A stretch of 64,000 nt of DNA. Source: a virus. Taxonomy: Duplodnaviria > Heunggongvirae > Uroviricota > Caudoviricetes. The stretch lies in IMG/VR virus record IMGVR_UViG_3300017650_000009; one strand, given 5' to 3'. Under the pieces are notes generated by a model. The model saw nothing but the letters and a program-made list of their open reading frames with translations, did not search any database and was not told where the DNA came from. Of the stretch, positions 9,368 through 18,978 are shown piece after piece (the first letter of the stretch is position 1; every line of letters starts with the position of its first letter). A program made the translations under genes and the position numbers.

Positions 9368-11017
9368 TTAGGATTTAGATTTACGAACGTAATCTGTTAC
9401 ATCGCGTCCAATACTTTGAACTTCAACGAATTCACCCTGCTCATCATAAATTGCACGATCAATCCAATCAAGCCAACGAGTCTCACCATTGCGGGAAACC
9501 CTATATAAGATACGTTTTACATTTTGTGAGGAATTAATATCATCCAGATGTTGGAATAAACGATTATGATCACGGATATCAACAATATCCGTAAGTGTCA
9601 TTCCGGAATCAATCTTTTCTGCAAAATAATCATAGAATGTTTGGTTCATAAAATTAAGAACCAAATTTTTACCATAACAACAAACAACATCAAAAGTATT
9701 ATCAGTCATTGTTTTATATCGTTCGCGAGACAAATGTAAAAGTTGTTCCACATCCTTAAGATGCGTGATATCACGAATTACTTTAATGCGAACCTTTTCA
9801 TTCTTCCAATCAATCTCACGTTCATTTATGGCAACCTCAACTGGATTCCCACCTTTAGTCCAGAACAACGTCGTGTATGCTTGGTTCGGCGAGTTCTCCA
9901 TGTTAATGAAACGATGACGCTCTAATGGATGAATAAATGCTTCGGCTGACATCTTGCTTATCTCACTATATGAGAATCCTGTCATCTCACCTAAACGTGG
10001 ATTCCAATCCAAAAGACGCTCACCATTATGAATCATCATTGCTTCATTACTGGCTTGACCAAAGACTCTAAAATGTTCTTCAGACTCCAATAGCTCCTCA
10101 CGAGTAATGACAACATCAGTTTCATCTCTTAGAATAACAAGAATGTCTTTACCTTTTTGGATTGCACGTACTTCAAAATACGTAATCGATCCGTTGTTAT
10201 TTTCAACCTTAAGTGACCATGTTTCCAATGGATTATTCGGTGATAAACCCGCACAACCAATCTTGAATGAATCCAACTGAACAGATGTTAAGAATTCTGA
10301 TAAGTTTTTACCAATATGGGATTCCTGGATAATGGTATCAAATGCAGATGGATTGGACACATCCAAAATATTCAATTGTGTATCAATGGTAACCAAAATA
10401 TCCGGAAGAACTTGAATCATTGCATTTTGGTTCTCAAATACTTCAAGGAAACGTTGTTCGTGTTTCACGTTATCCGTAATGTCTTGAACCAAAAGCATAA
10501 CACGTGAAGTACCATCCGAATGGAGAAACTCACTTATTTTGATATTTGGGTAGAATTTTGTGCCATCAGCACGAATACCTCTGATTTCTAAGTTTCCTTG
10601 TTGGACTAACTCAAATGAAGTCAAGTTGTTCTTGTAAACACTTTTGAACTTGTCAATGGAAATCACACCACAATCGGATTCAAATAGATCTGAAAGTTTC
10701 TGGTTAAGTAAGTTAGTCTTGGAATAGCCAAAAATCTTTTCGGCTGAACCATTTGCATTTTCAAGTTTATTGTTGGGTCCAAGCAAGATTAATGCGTCTG
10801 GAATAACAAGACTTGTTGCTTCAATTTGCCTAGTGTAATCGTCGATACGATCACGCAAACTAGTCGTGACAGATTGTGCCATGCTGAGTGTACCAGCAGC
10901 GGCTTCCATAAAATCGCTATAGCTTTGTTTAGCTTTCTCGGTCTGCTCAGTTTCCTTAAGCAGTTTGTGACTTGCTTTTTTGTCCGTTTGCAGGATCTTA
11001 TTTACGAAAGACTTCAT
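9368..11017 (-). CDS. multi-PAS-domain sensor-like protein (N-terminal coiled coil, at least 3 PAS folds, no obvious output domain)
   Basis: Repeated PAS signatures, e.g. GETRWLDWIDRAIYDEQGEFVEVQSIGRDVTD and ...VRIKVIRDITHLKDVEQ. Confidence 0.6.
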   Translation of the reverse strand: MKSFVNKILQTDKKASHKLLKETEQTEKAKQSYSDFMEAAAGTLSMAQSVTTSLRDRIDDYTRQIEATSLVIPDALILLGPNNKLENANGSAEKIFGYSKTNLLNQKLSDLFESDCGVISIDKFKSVYKNNLTSFELVQQGNLEIRGIRADGTKFYPNIKISEFLHSDGTSRVMLLVQDITDNVKHEQRFLEVFENQNAMIQVLPDILVTIDTQLNILDVSNPSAFDTIIQESHIGKNLSEFLTSVQLDSFKIGCAGLSPNNPLETWSLKVENNNGSITYFEVRAIQKGKDILVILRDETDVVITREELLESEEHFRVFGQASNEAMMIHNGERLLDWNPRLGEMTGFSYSEISKMSAEAFIHPLERHRFINMENSPNQAYTTLFWTKGGNPVEVAINEREIDWKNEKVRIKVIRDITHLKDVEQLLHLSRERYKTMTDNTFDVVCCYGKNLVLNFMNQTFYDYFAEKIDSGMTLTDIVDIRDHNRLFQHLDDINSSQNVKRILYRVSRNGETRWLDWIDRAIYDEQGEFVEVQSIGRDVTDYVRKSKS

Positions 11018-11262
11018 TAGAGCTTGCCCTTAATCTCTGCTAGAACGATCTTCAAACTGTTTAGGGCTTCGGTAATCGTAATGTTACCCTTATAATAGTC
11101 CTCAAGAATCTTATCTAGTTTTGCGTCCTTCTTTTCATTTTCCTGCTTTAAGCCGCGACGTTCCCAAATCAACCATCCGATCATAGCCAAAAGAAGAGCA
11201 ATGATTGCTCCTGGACCGCCTTCAATGACAGTCGTGAGCATAATTTTAAAAATTTCTTCCAT
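11017..11262 (-). CDS. small membrane protein; start chosen at MEEIF to avoid the divergent promoter region
   Basis: TM helix GGPGAIIALLLAMIGWLIW; ATGA overlap with the downstream PAS gene. Confidence 0.4.
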   Translation of the reverse strand: MEEIFKIMLTTVIEGGPGAIIALLLAMIGWLIWERRGLKQENEKKDAKLDKILEDYYKGNITITEALNSLKIVLAEIKGKL

Positions 11263-11320
11263 TGGTTCAACCCCGGTTATACGATGCGTACTGAAATATT
11301 TATTGTATATCTGGTACCCA

Positions 11321-11328
11321 TATAAATA
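11321..11328 (+). promoter_or_regulatory. T4-type late promoter core TATAAATA
   Basis: Exact TATAAATA 26 nt upstream of ATG 11354 (SD ggagaag). Confidence 0.5.
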
Positions 11329-11353
11329 GCTTAATAGAGTGGAGAAGTGACAA

Positions 11354-12862
11354 ATGGCCTCATCAGATGAAATTAATGTTGTGGAAATACTTGCTGGGCT
11401 CGGTATTCCTGCTGAACAAGCAAAGCAACTTTCCAATAAAATGAACGGCATTGATTATCTGAATTTGGTAAATGCCTTAGACGACGATTCGAGCGCTGGC
11501 GCATATCAGGCCCAAGTAATTCTCAAAAAGTATGGAATCAATTTGAAGGTACCACAAATGGAAAATAATCGATTGGATACAATCTTTGCTGGCATCCGTG
11601 GTGGTGCAAAGTTTGAAGATGCCGAAGCACAACTAACAACTCATGTTCGCCCAATCAGCGAAATGGATTCTCCAATCGCCGGTCTTCTAGAGGCTAGCGG
11701 ATTCAAGCAATTCGTTAAGATGGCAAATGATGCCGATGCAGAAAAGCTTCGTGATTGGCTAGAAGAACATGATATTGATTACCAAAATAATGACAAATAC
11801 ACCTTTCTTGTGCGACCATCGGATCGTGAACAGACATATCGTTTGAACAAATTTGTAGCGAACTGTCATGGCAAAACGTCCGTAATGGATGATTTAGATC
11901 AGGATAGCACGTTGGCCAATAATGTTCTTAAAAGCCCATTCAAAGGAGAATTTGGGGAAATAATTGCTACTAAGAGTGGTCAGCTACGTATCATTGATGC
12001 CGAACAGGTTACAAATTCTGTGGGTTCACCTGATTGGGTTATGATTGCAAAAAATAGTAAAGGTAAAACTTACAAAGTCCCTTATGACACAGCGAATGCA
12101 GGTCTTTATCGTGGCGGTAAGTTTCAGTTTGATGAACCTGTTGTAGAAGAAAAGAATAAAATGGCAAAAGATCTTCCAAAGAGCCGTAACCCAATTGCAG
12201 CGGGTATGGTTAAGAAAACCGGTGGCGGCGCCCATAATAGTAAAGATCCAGATCGTAAGGATCCATTCTCTCGTAAAGCCAAGCATAAGAATTCCTTTAG
12301 AGAGGAAGTAGAAATCAACGAGGACGATTCCGATCGTATTGATGAAGGAGTATTGGGTATGACAAGAGTCGATCCTATTGACATGAACCGTTTGCGTCAG
12401 CTTGCAGGTATGAAGGCACTCCCTGCGGATGCTGGTATTTCCGAAGCAATCGTAGAAGCTGATCCACTAGAACCAGAAATCGAAGTCGCTGACGATTTCG
12501 ATGATGCAGATTTGGACATGGGTAGTGACTTGGATGCTCCAGTAGATGCCGACGCATTTGGCTCAGACGATGATCTCGGTTTGGATATGGGCGATGATTT
12601 GGGCATGGATGCAGATCCAATGGATATCGGCGGAGTTCCTGGTGATCTTCCACCAGTTGACGACATGATGGGTGGCCTAGACGTTGTACCAACAAATTCC
12701 ATCGCATATGATGAAATTCTAAATAACCTCAATGCAGTACAGGCAACACTGGGTGATGTGAAGCTATCCGAGTATAAGAGTATTTTGGCAAAGCTTGATA
12801 TTCTAGCGGATCAGATCCGTTCCATGGGTCGTGATTATCTCGGTGAAAGACGCCGCAAATGA
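11354..12862 (+). CDS. late protein with highly acidic Asp/Gly-rich low-complexity C-terminal half
   Basis: DLDMGSDLDAPVDADAFGSDDDLGLDMGDDLGMDADPMDIGG. Confidence 0.5.
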   Translation: MASSDEINVVEILAGLGIPAEQAKQLSNKMNGIDYLNLVNALDDDSSAGAYQAQVILKKYGINLKVPQMENNRLDTIFAGIRGGAKFEDAEAQLTTHVRPISEMDSPIAGLLEASGFKQFVKMANDADAEKLRDWLEEHDIDYQNNDKYTFLVRPSDREQTYRLNKFVANCHGKTSVMDDLDQDSTLANNVLKSPFKGEFGEIIATKSGQLRIIDAEQVTNSVGSPDWVMIAKNSKGKTYKVPYDTANAGLYRGGKFQFDEPVVEEKNKMAKDLPKSRNPIAAGMVKKTGGGAHNSKDPDRKDPFSRKAKHKNSFREEVEINEDDSDRIDEGVLGMTRVDPIDMNRLRQLAGMKALPADAGISEAIVEADPLEPEIEVADDFDDADLDMGSDLDAPVDADAFGSDDDLGLDMGDDLGMDADPMDIGGVPGDLPPVDDMMGGLDVVPTNSIAYDEILNNLNAVQATLGDVKLSEYKSILAKLDILADQIRSMGRDYLGERRRK

Positions 12863-13089
12863 GATTTTATGAGATAAAGAGCGGGATTCAAATCCCGCTC
12901 TCTAACGAAGAACTAATACTTGTGGACTATCTTGAGGAAAACCCATCTTTAAGTTCCGATGAACTGGATGAGCGTGGCCTTGAGCTTGCCCGTTTGCTCG
13001 TTTCTCGTGGTGTCTTAAATAGAATAGAAATTGACGACAACAAAGTTGAATTTACTTTAAACCGATTAGAAGACATTTGGAGAGACTAA
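12859..13089 (+). CDS. hypothetical protein
   Basis: ORF track; ATGA overlap. Confidence 0.35.
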   Translation: MRFYEIKSGIQIPLSNEELILVDYLEENPSLSSDELDERGLELARLLVSRGVLNRIEIDDNKVEFTLNRLEDIWRD

Positions 13090-13748
13090 TGAATCATTAT
13101 CCCACAGGCCCCTCAAGTCAAGACGTGAGCGATATGCAACGTCTTATTGACGTGATGAACGGCAAGTCAGATGATGTTCCTATGCATCATCCAGTAGCCG
13201 CTCCCGCAACAACTCATGTACCAGCTACCGACACCCACGCAATGAAAAAGATCCTGGAATCCTTTTACGGTGCTGCCGGGGATGCAATCACTGAAATGGT
13301 TGATAGCTCGGCTTATGATCCACGTTTGAATGAAGCGCTGAACACAAAGCGCACAGATGAAGGTGCAATCATTGGTTCGTGGGAAGTAAGAGTTCATCTT
13401 GTGGAGTCCAGTGGTTCCACTCGTAAAGTATATGATGTATTGCATCCGGGAAGCAAATCGGTTTTGTTTAATAAATTGGTTATCTTCGAAGCAGCACATG
13501 CCATTGTACGATACTTGAATAAGGGTTTGGCTCCCGATCATGTTAAGATCGTTGAGATTGCCGACCTTGAGGAAATGTATCGTCGTAACCGTCAAGATGC
13601 TGTTATTTTTAAAAAGCGTTTTGAACGTTGTTTGGAGCTCAAAGAAGAAGCTGCCGCAGAAGTATTTGAAGCACGCCATCAAAAGGCTCGTGCTCAAGCA
13701 ATTGCGGCAAATGACTCCATTAAGACAATCCTAGACAATATTCGATAA
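13077..13748 (+). CDS. hypothetical protein
   Basis: ORF track. Confidence 0.4.
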   Translation: MERLMNHYPTGPSSQDVSDMQRLIDVMNGKSDDVPMHHPVAAPATTHVPATDTHAMKKILESFYGAAGDAITEMVDSSAYDPRLNEALNTKRTDEGAIIGSWEVRVHLVESSGSTRKVYDVLHPGSKSVLFNKLVIFEAAHAIVRYLNKGLAPDHVKIVEIADLEEMYRRNRQDAVIFKKRFERCLELKEEAAAEVFEARHQKARAQAIAANDSIKTILDNIR

Positions 13749-13785
13749 TAGAGTAATCTGTTGTGTCAGAATAAATAGTTATTAA

Positions 13786-14127
13786 TTGAGGCAACTTCCC
13801 GTAATTGGAAGGAAAACAATGGTTATCAACGAACTAGAAACTAGCGCAGCTTTTAGACTAGCTAAAGTCCTTGATGCTCTTTTCGAGCAACACCAGGTAG
13901 TCTTAGATTTCCTCGCATCTGACTTCGATCAGTTAATGAGAATTTCCGAAGAATGTGCTAGTGTAAAATCTCGTATCGTCGAATCTACTTCCCATAATAC
14001 ATACCACAAAAATGCTGGTTATCAGGAAGCTAGTCTGATACAAGAAGCAATCCAAATCTTTTTAAGCGAGGTTGCTCCTATGCGACTCAACCGTCGCAAG
14101 AAATCAAACACGTCCTCTGGAGCTTAA
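13786..14127 (+). CDS. hypothetical protein
   Basis: ORF track. Confidence 0.35.
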   Translation: MRQLPVIGRKTMVINELETSAAFRLAKVLDALFEQHQVVLDFLASDFDQLMRISEECASVKSRIVESTSHNTYHKNAGYQEASLIQEAIQIFLSEVAPMRLNRRKKSNTSSGA

Positions 14128-14129
14128 CA

Positions 14130-15944
14130 ATGGATAAGAAAGAAAAATTAGAAAAGCTAAAGGCTCTTAAGGAGTCTTACGTAGCCAAGCAGAAGCAATT
14201 GGTTGCAGCTAAGAAACTAGAAGAGTCTCTAAGTGCAACCAACATTGGTGTTCTTCTTGAAGCTGAACTAGAACAAGCCGAAGTTTTGCTTGCTGCAAAG
14301 GATTTCCTTGCGCAGCTCCAGAAGATGGCCGAAGACATTGCAAAAATGCAGGCCGACTCCATCCCACTTAGCGATTCCATGAAGGAAACTTTTGGTCCAG
14401 AAGCTGCTCAGGATTTTGATCAGTCAGTAACTGAGGCTCTTCAGGATGCACTTGCTACGATTCGTGGCGCAAAGGATACAATTTCCAACAGCATTTTGCG
14501 TGCTGAAGGCAAAGAAACAATCGATGCTCCAATTGATAATGACATGGGTGCAGACGATTTTGCTTCTGACGAACTAGACCTTGATGATGCCGAAGATACA
14601 CTTGCTACTGATGATGTAGATGATGTTTTCGGGGGTGCTGATGCATCTGCTGGACCAGTTGATGAACCTTTGGGTCGTGGTTTTAAGGAATCATACAAGA
14701 GCATCGGTAAGAAGCTTTTGGTTAATGAATCCCTCGATTCCCTTGTTAACTGGTTATTTGAAGATGTTGCCGCTACAATGGCTCCTGCACAATTCACGAA
14801 GTTTGCTGGCCAGGTTGCATCTAAGGGTGCACAGGATGCTGAACGTCTAGCTGGTTGGATTGGTTCCCGTAAGTATGGTGCTGGTCTCGGCGCACAGCTT
14901 TCTTCCCCAATGGCTAATCTAGATGACGACATTCTAGATGAATCTGCAATTAAAGAAGGCAAATCCTATCGTCATGATGACGAAGATGAATCCGATATCA
15001 AGAGCAAGAAAAAGGCCGACAACAACAAGCGTGATACAGCAAAGGCAAAGCGCGAAGTCGAAATGACAGAAGGTAAGTCTTACCGTTTCGACGCCGATGA
15101 TGACTATGATATCGAAGATAAGAAAAAGTCAGACAAAGCTCGTCGTGATGCAGCAAAGACAAAGCGTGAAGTTGAAGTCGAAGAAGACGACGATGAAGTT
15201 GAAGCAGTAGCCGAAGGCAAGTCCTATAAGGCGAATGACGAAGACGGCGACTCCAAGGGTCGCAAGAAATCCGATAAGTCTCGCCGTGAAGCTGGTAAAG
15301 CAAAGCGTACGATTGAAGAAGCTGTTCGTTTGATCATCGAGCGTAACATCGCAAAGGGCGGCAAGGGTTTTGCTGCAAAGGCAATTGCTGAGGCTCAGGG
15401 TATGTTCCCAATGGTTGAATCTGATGGTGCATCAATTGCCGAAGCTTTTGAAGCAGCATATGGTATGACACCACAGGCTTACTCAATTAAGAAAGCCCGC
15501 GCAGTAGCTGAAGCAACTAGTTTGAATCAGACTGATCAGAAGAATGCAGCGACTATTATGGCTAATGTTGCTAGTGATTCCGAACGTGATAAGAACTTCT
15601 CCGAGAAGGGTGTTCAGCAGGCTCTCAATAAGATGAAGCCGCAGGAACGCGCTACCGCACAGAAGGTCATCAACAATGCGAAGTCACTGGGTCATCAGGT
15701 TAATAAAGTTGGCGATCTAGTTAATGCAACTCAGAGCGAAATTGATGGCACGATGAAGCCAGCAGGACAGAAGCCTGCAGGCCAGAAAGTTCAAGAGGAT
15801 GTTGATTCTCCAAGTTCCAAGCCTTATTGGTCAACAGCGGATCAGAAGCCAAGCAAGAAGCCTGAACTAGCAAAGCCAGCTGTAAGTAGTGCAAGCGAAA
15901 AGCCACTCTCTGCGGAGAAGGGCAAAGCTAAGATCAAGAAATAA
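14130..15944 (+). CDS. highly charged repeat protein (three tandem ~42-aa EGKSY...KREVE repeats), possibly structural or internal
   Basis: EGKSYRHDDEDESDIKSKKKADNNKRDTAKAKREVE / EGKSYRFDADDDYDIEDKKKSDKARRDAAKTKREVE / EGKSYKANDEDGDSKGRKKSDKSRREAGKAKRTIE. Confidence 0.55.
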   Translation: MDKKEKLEKLKALKESYVAKQKQLVAAKKLEESLSATNIGVLLEAELEQAEVLLAAKDFLAQLQKMAEDIAKMQADSIPLSDSMKETFGPEAAQDFDQSVTEALQDALATIRGAKDTISNSILRAEGKETIDAPIDNDMGADDFASDELDLDDAEDTLATDDVDDVFGGADASAGPVDEPLGRGFKESYKSIGKKLLVNESLDSLVNWLFEDVAATMAPAQFTKFAGQVASKGAQDAERLAGWIGSRKYGAGLGAQLSSPMANLDDDILDESAIKEGKSYRHDDEDESDIKSKKKADNNKRDTAKAKREVEMTEGKSYRFDADDDYDIEDKKKSDKARRDAAKTKREVEVEEDDDEVEAVAEGKSYKANDEDGDSKGRKKSDKSRREAGKAKRTIEEAVRLIIERNIAKGGKGFAAKAIAEAQGMFPMVESDGASIAEAFEAAYGMTPQAYSIKKARAVAEATSLNQTDQKNAATIMANVASDSERDKNFSEKGVQQALNKMKPQERATAQKVINNAKSLGHQVNKVGDLVNATQSEIDGTMKPAGQKPAGQKVQEDVDSPSSKPYWSTADQKPSKKPELAKPAVSSASEKPLSAEKGKAKIKK

Positions 15945-15953
15945 GGTCTAAAG

Positions 15954-16352
15954 ATGAGATTGTCAGAGATAATCGGTAAAGGAGGGGCCAATGGCTCCTC
16001 TTCTATCCTAGAGGGTCAAACGGATAATGCCGTACAAGCGGTTATTAAGAGTGTTTTGATACCGCTAAAATCGCAGAAGGTTGAGAAGATCACAGTCGAT
16101 CAATTGCTCGATAATATCAAAATGGCTCCTCAGCTCAAGGGTATTGATTTTGATCAAAAATACCTGATTGATATACTCGGAAAATCCAGAGTGGTAAGTA
16201 AAGTACAAGCTGATCCTGAAAATGGTGGCGCAATGACCGTGTATATGGATTTTCCAGTAGGTGATCGTCAGATAGATCAAAAACAAGCTGAGCGCGAGAA
16301 AGAAGATATTCGCAAAGCTGCGGTAAAACAGGTTAAGGATAAACTCAAATGA
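15954..16352 (+). CDS. hypothetical protein
   Basis: ORF track. Confidence 0.4.
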   Translation: MRLSEIIGKGGANGSSSILEGQTDNAVQAVIKSVLIPLKSQKVEKITVDQLLDNIKMAPQLKGIDFDQKYLIDILGKSRVVSKVQADPENGGAMTVYMDFPVGDRQIDQKQAEREKEDIRKAAVKQVKDKLK

Positions 16353-17728
16353 GTAGAAGATTGCTTGAAGGTAGAGGCATTGTAGATCACATAGATTTAG
16401 ATGGTCTTGATATTTCCATCGAAGTTGAAGCTGGCGGAACCCGTACAGGAACCAATCATAAGGGTGAACGTTGGGAAAACAAAGTTTCTGCGGCTTACGG
16501 ATATATCAAGGGAACAAATTCTCCTGATGGCGAAGCTCTTGATGTATGGGTTAAAAAGAATCCCAAAGAAGGCAAGCAAGTCTATGTTGTGCATCAGCTT
16601 ACACCAGATGGTTCCAAGTTCGATGAAGACAAAGTAATGCTTGGTTATTCTAGCCGCGATGAAGCAATCAAAGCATTTAAGGCTCACGCATTCAAGCCAA
16701 CAGAAATGTTCGGCGGTTGTTCTGAATTTCAAATGGAACACTTTAAGGTGATTGCGTATGCAGCGCGTAAGAGTTCCGTAATGATTGCATCACAGAAAAT
16801 GTATGATGATTTTGTTGAGCGTAAACTGTTACCACGTGGCATTAAAAGCCCAATTCAGCTTGCGCAAGTTGTTAAGGAAGGTGCAGATATGAATGCATTG
16901 AGAATCACCTATAAGAATCCAATCGTTGTAGAATCGGCATTTGATCTAGCCCTTCGCAACGACATTAACGTTCTTCGTACAAACTTGGAATTAGTATTTG
17001 AGAAGGTAAATGATCTCAGGGAATTCATTAGAGTTATTGATGAAACCCAAGAAGATCGTGCACATTTGGGCGACCTTCATTCGTGTTTACCTGAAAGCAT
17101 GAGTGAAATCACAGAAGCAAATGAAGCAGAAGCTCATTTGATGAGTGAGCCTGATTGCACAGTTGAAGAACCAAAAGAAGATCCAACAAATACGGATAGC
17201 CCATTCACACATACACCAATCGATGGAATTGATGAAATTCTTATTCGTGCGGGCGTGAAACGCGCGGTAGTTGAATCAACTTGGACCCCATTGGTTCATA
17301 AGACACGCGAAGTTGTTAGTGGTATCAACGAATCAACAAACCAAGCTATCGCCCAGTATATGGTTAATTACGCCGTGAAGAAGCAAAGAGCACTCATGGA
17401 GTCCGTTACTGCTTTGGATATTGAGTCGGCTACAAGACGTTTCACAAACACACTGTTGAAGTATCCAAATACACCAGCGAGTAAGATTCTCGAGGCTGTT
17501 GCGGTTCAATTAATGGGCGGAGATATCGCAGCTTTGCGTGAGCATATTGGTGCGCTTACTGGTCTATCAATTGATGAATACGCGAATGCGCTAGTAGTTC
17601 GTGAATGGGCCGGTAACAAGATCTCCAAAGAAATGTTCTCCCGTCTAATCGAATCCACTGATGCAAATTGGAATATCAATTGCCCCGATCGCGGCGAAGC
17701 TTTCAAACGCGCCGTACATTTGGTTTAA
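16349..17728 (+). CDS. protein with N-terminal inorganic-pyrophosphatase-like domain
   Basis: AAYGYIKGTNSPDGEALDVWV versus family I PPase NYGYI..T...DGDPLDVLV. Confidence 0.4.
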   Translation: MSRRLLEGRGIVDHIDLDGLDISIEVEAGGTRTGTNHKGERWENKVSAAYGYIKGTNSPDGEALDVWVKKNPKEGKQVYVVHQLTPDGSKFDEDKVMLGYSSRDEAIKAFKAHAFKPTEMFGGCSEFQMEHFKVIAYAARKSSVMIASQKMYDDFVERKLLPRGIKSPIQLAQVVKEGADMNALRITYKNPIVVESAFDLALRNDINVLRTNLELVFEKVNDLREFIRVIDETQEDRAHLGDLHSCLPESMSEITEANEAEAHLMSEPDCTVEEPKEDPTNTDSPFTHTPIDGIDEILIRAGVKRAVVESTWTPLVHKTREVVSGINESTNQAIAQYMVNYAVKKQRALMESVTALDIESATRRFTNTLLKYPNTPASKILEAVAVQLMGGDIAALREHIGALTGLSIDEYANALVVREWAGNKISKEMFSRLIESTDANWNINCPDRGEAFKRAVHLV

Positions 17729-17736
17729 TATTAATA

Positions 17737-17768
17737 GGAAGAAACATATTTGCGTTTCTTCCTATTTC
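17737..17768 (+). terminator. rho-independent terminator
   Basis: ggaagaaac-atatttgc-gtttcttcc + tattt. Confidence 0.6.
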
Positions 17769-17820
17769 CATATATAATAGCTAAAGTTTTAATTTTATTG
17801 ATTTTTTAAGAATTGAGTTC

Positions 17821-18498
17821 ATGATTATAGATAAAAAATACACCTATGCGCCGCTTGAAAGAGTCACGCATGAAAGTGGTAATCGTTATTATGTTTGCCC
17901 CGAAGGGAATCATTTGAGTTCGGTTACTACAATTCTTAGTGCAACCTCGTATAGTCCGGAACTAGAAGCTTGGCAGAAACGAGTAGGGCTGCAAGAGGCG
18001 GAACGCATTCGTGTAGAAGCTACTGGTCTTGGTTCACTCATGCACACACACTTGGAAAATTACGTGATGGGTGAAGAACGTCCAGGCGGTAATAACATGG
18101 TGCGTGTGATGGCCCGAAACATGGCAGATCAAGTCATCGAAAAAGGTTTGCCGAATGTTGATGAAGTATGGGGCATGGAAGAAATTCTATATATGCCAAA
18201 GAAATACGCAGGCACAACCGATCTAGTAGGCGTTCACCAGGGTAAGCAAGCCATTATGGATTATAAGACTTGTAGGAAGATGAAAAAGAAATCAACCATT
18301 GTTGATTATTCCCTACAGGGTGCCGCGTATGCATTGGCTCATGACGAGCTTCATGGTACAAATATCGAGCGAGTGGTGGTGTTTATGGTCAGTAGAGATT
18401 TGGATTTCCAAGAATATATTTGGGAAGGTGATGAACTAGCCGAGGCCAAAGAACTTTGGAAAACACGTCTCGAAGTATTCTTAAATCTACAGAAATAA
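17821..18498 (+). CDS. RecB-family PD-(D/E)XK nuclease (Cas4/exonuclease-like)
   Basis: D...D-x-K core (TTDLVG ... IMDYKT) and QxxxY motif (LQGAAYALA). Confidence 0.6.
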   Translation: MIIDKKYTYAPLERVTHESGNRYYVCPEGNHLSSVTTILSATSYSPELEAWQKRVGLQEAERIRVEATGLGSLMHTHLENYVMGEERPGGNNMVRVMARNMADQVIEKGLPNVDEVWGMEEILYMPKKYAGTTDLVGVHQGKQAIMDYKTCRKMKKKSTIVDYSLQGAAYALAHDELHGTNIERVVVFMVSRDLDFQEYIWEGDELAEAKELWKTRLEVFLNLQK

Positions 18499-18499
18499 A

Positions 18500-18524
18500 A
18501 AGAGGGGCAATTGCCCCTTTTTTC
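18500..18524. terminator. bidirectional intrinsic terminator
   Basis: aggggcaattgcccct palindrome flanked by A- and T-tracts. Confidence 0.6.
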
Positions 18525-18696
18525 AATCCAGAAATACCGATACGTATGAACATTCCGTTGAGTAACGGACATTCAGAACCTTTCGAGTAAGCCATCGATG
18601 AAACACTTCTTCACCAATGCGAGGGATGGCGGGTAGTTCGACCATATCGCCGCCCTTCTGATCTTGGCCATCGTACCAAATACAAACCTTAACCAT
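18523..18696 (-). CDS. small hypothetical protein (57 aa), translationally coupled
   Basis: Start overlaps upstream stop (TAATG); ends right at the terminator; below the 60-aa track cutoff. Confidence 0.35.
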   Translation of the reverse strand: MVKVCIWYDGQDQKGGDMVELPAIPRIGEEVFHRWLTRKVLNVRYSTECSYVSVFLD

Positions 18697-18911
18697 TATT
18701 CTGCTCCCTCAACTGAAGCTTCCACACCATCGACATCGATATAGCAGAAGCCGCGATCGCCAGACAATGCTGTCTTAATTTCTTCGGCAATCTGATTTGC
18801 ATATGTTTCAGAGCCAATGATAACACGCTCGACGCGCATTTCACTGCCGTAATGAGCATTGATATCATCACCGAACCAGTAAGACTTTACAACGTAAGTT
18901 TCTGTAGCCAT
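18696..18911 (-). CDS. hypothetical protein (start at MATETYV with SD aaggag)
   Basis: ORF track with start adjusted. Confidence 0.4.
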   Translation of the reverse strand: MATETYVVKSYWFGDDINAHYGSEMRVERVIIGSETYANQIAEEIKTALSGDRGFCYIDVDGVEASVEGAE

Positions 18912-18978
18912 GTTCGATCTCCTTTGTTTTGTTATTCCCAATTTAACATGGGAATAGGAGATGTCAACCGGCTAATTC

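Noticed and set aside
12026-12732. Antisense ORFs 12026-12286, 12124-12384, 12375-12707, 12397-12732 (-)
   Set aside because: Embedded opposite the low-complexity Asp-rich region of 11354-12862; a typical artefact of repetitive codons.
14441-15303. Antisense ORFs 14441-14962 (-) and 14998-15303 (-)
   Set aside because: Opposite the charged repeat protein; low-complexity artefact.
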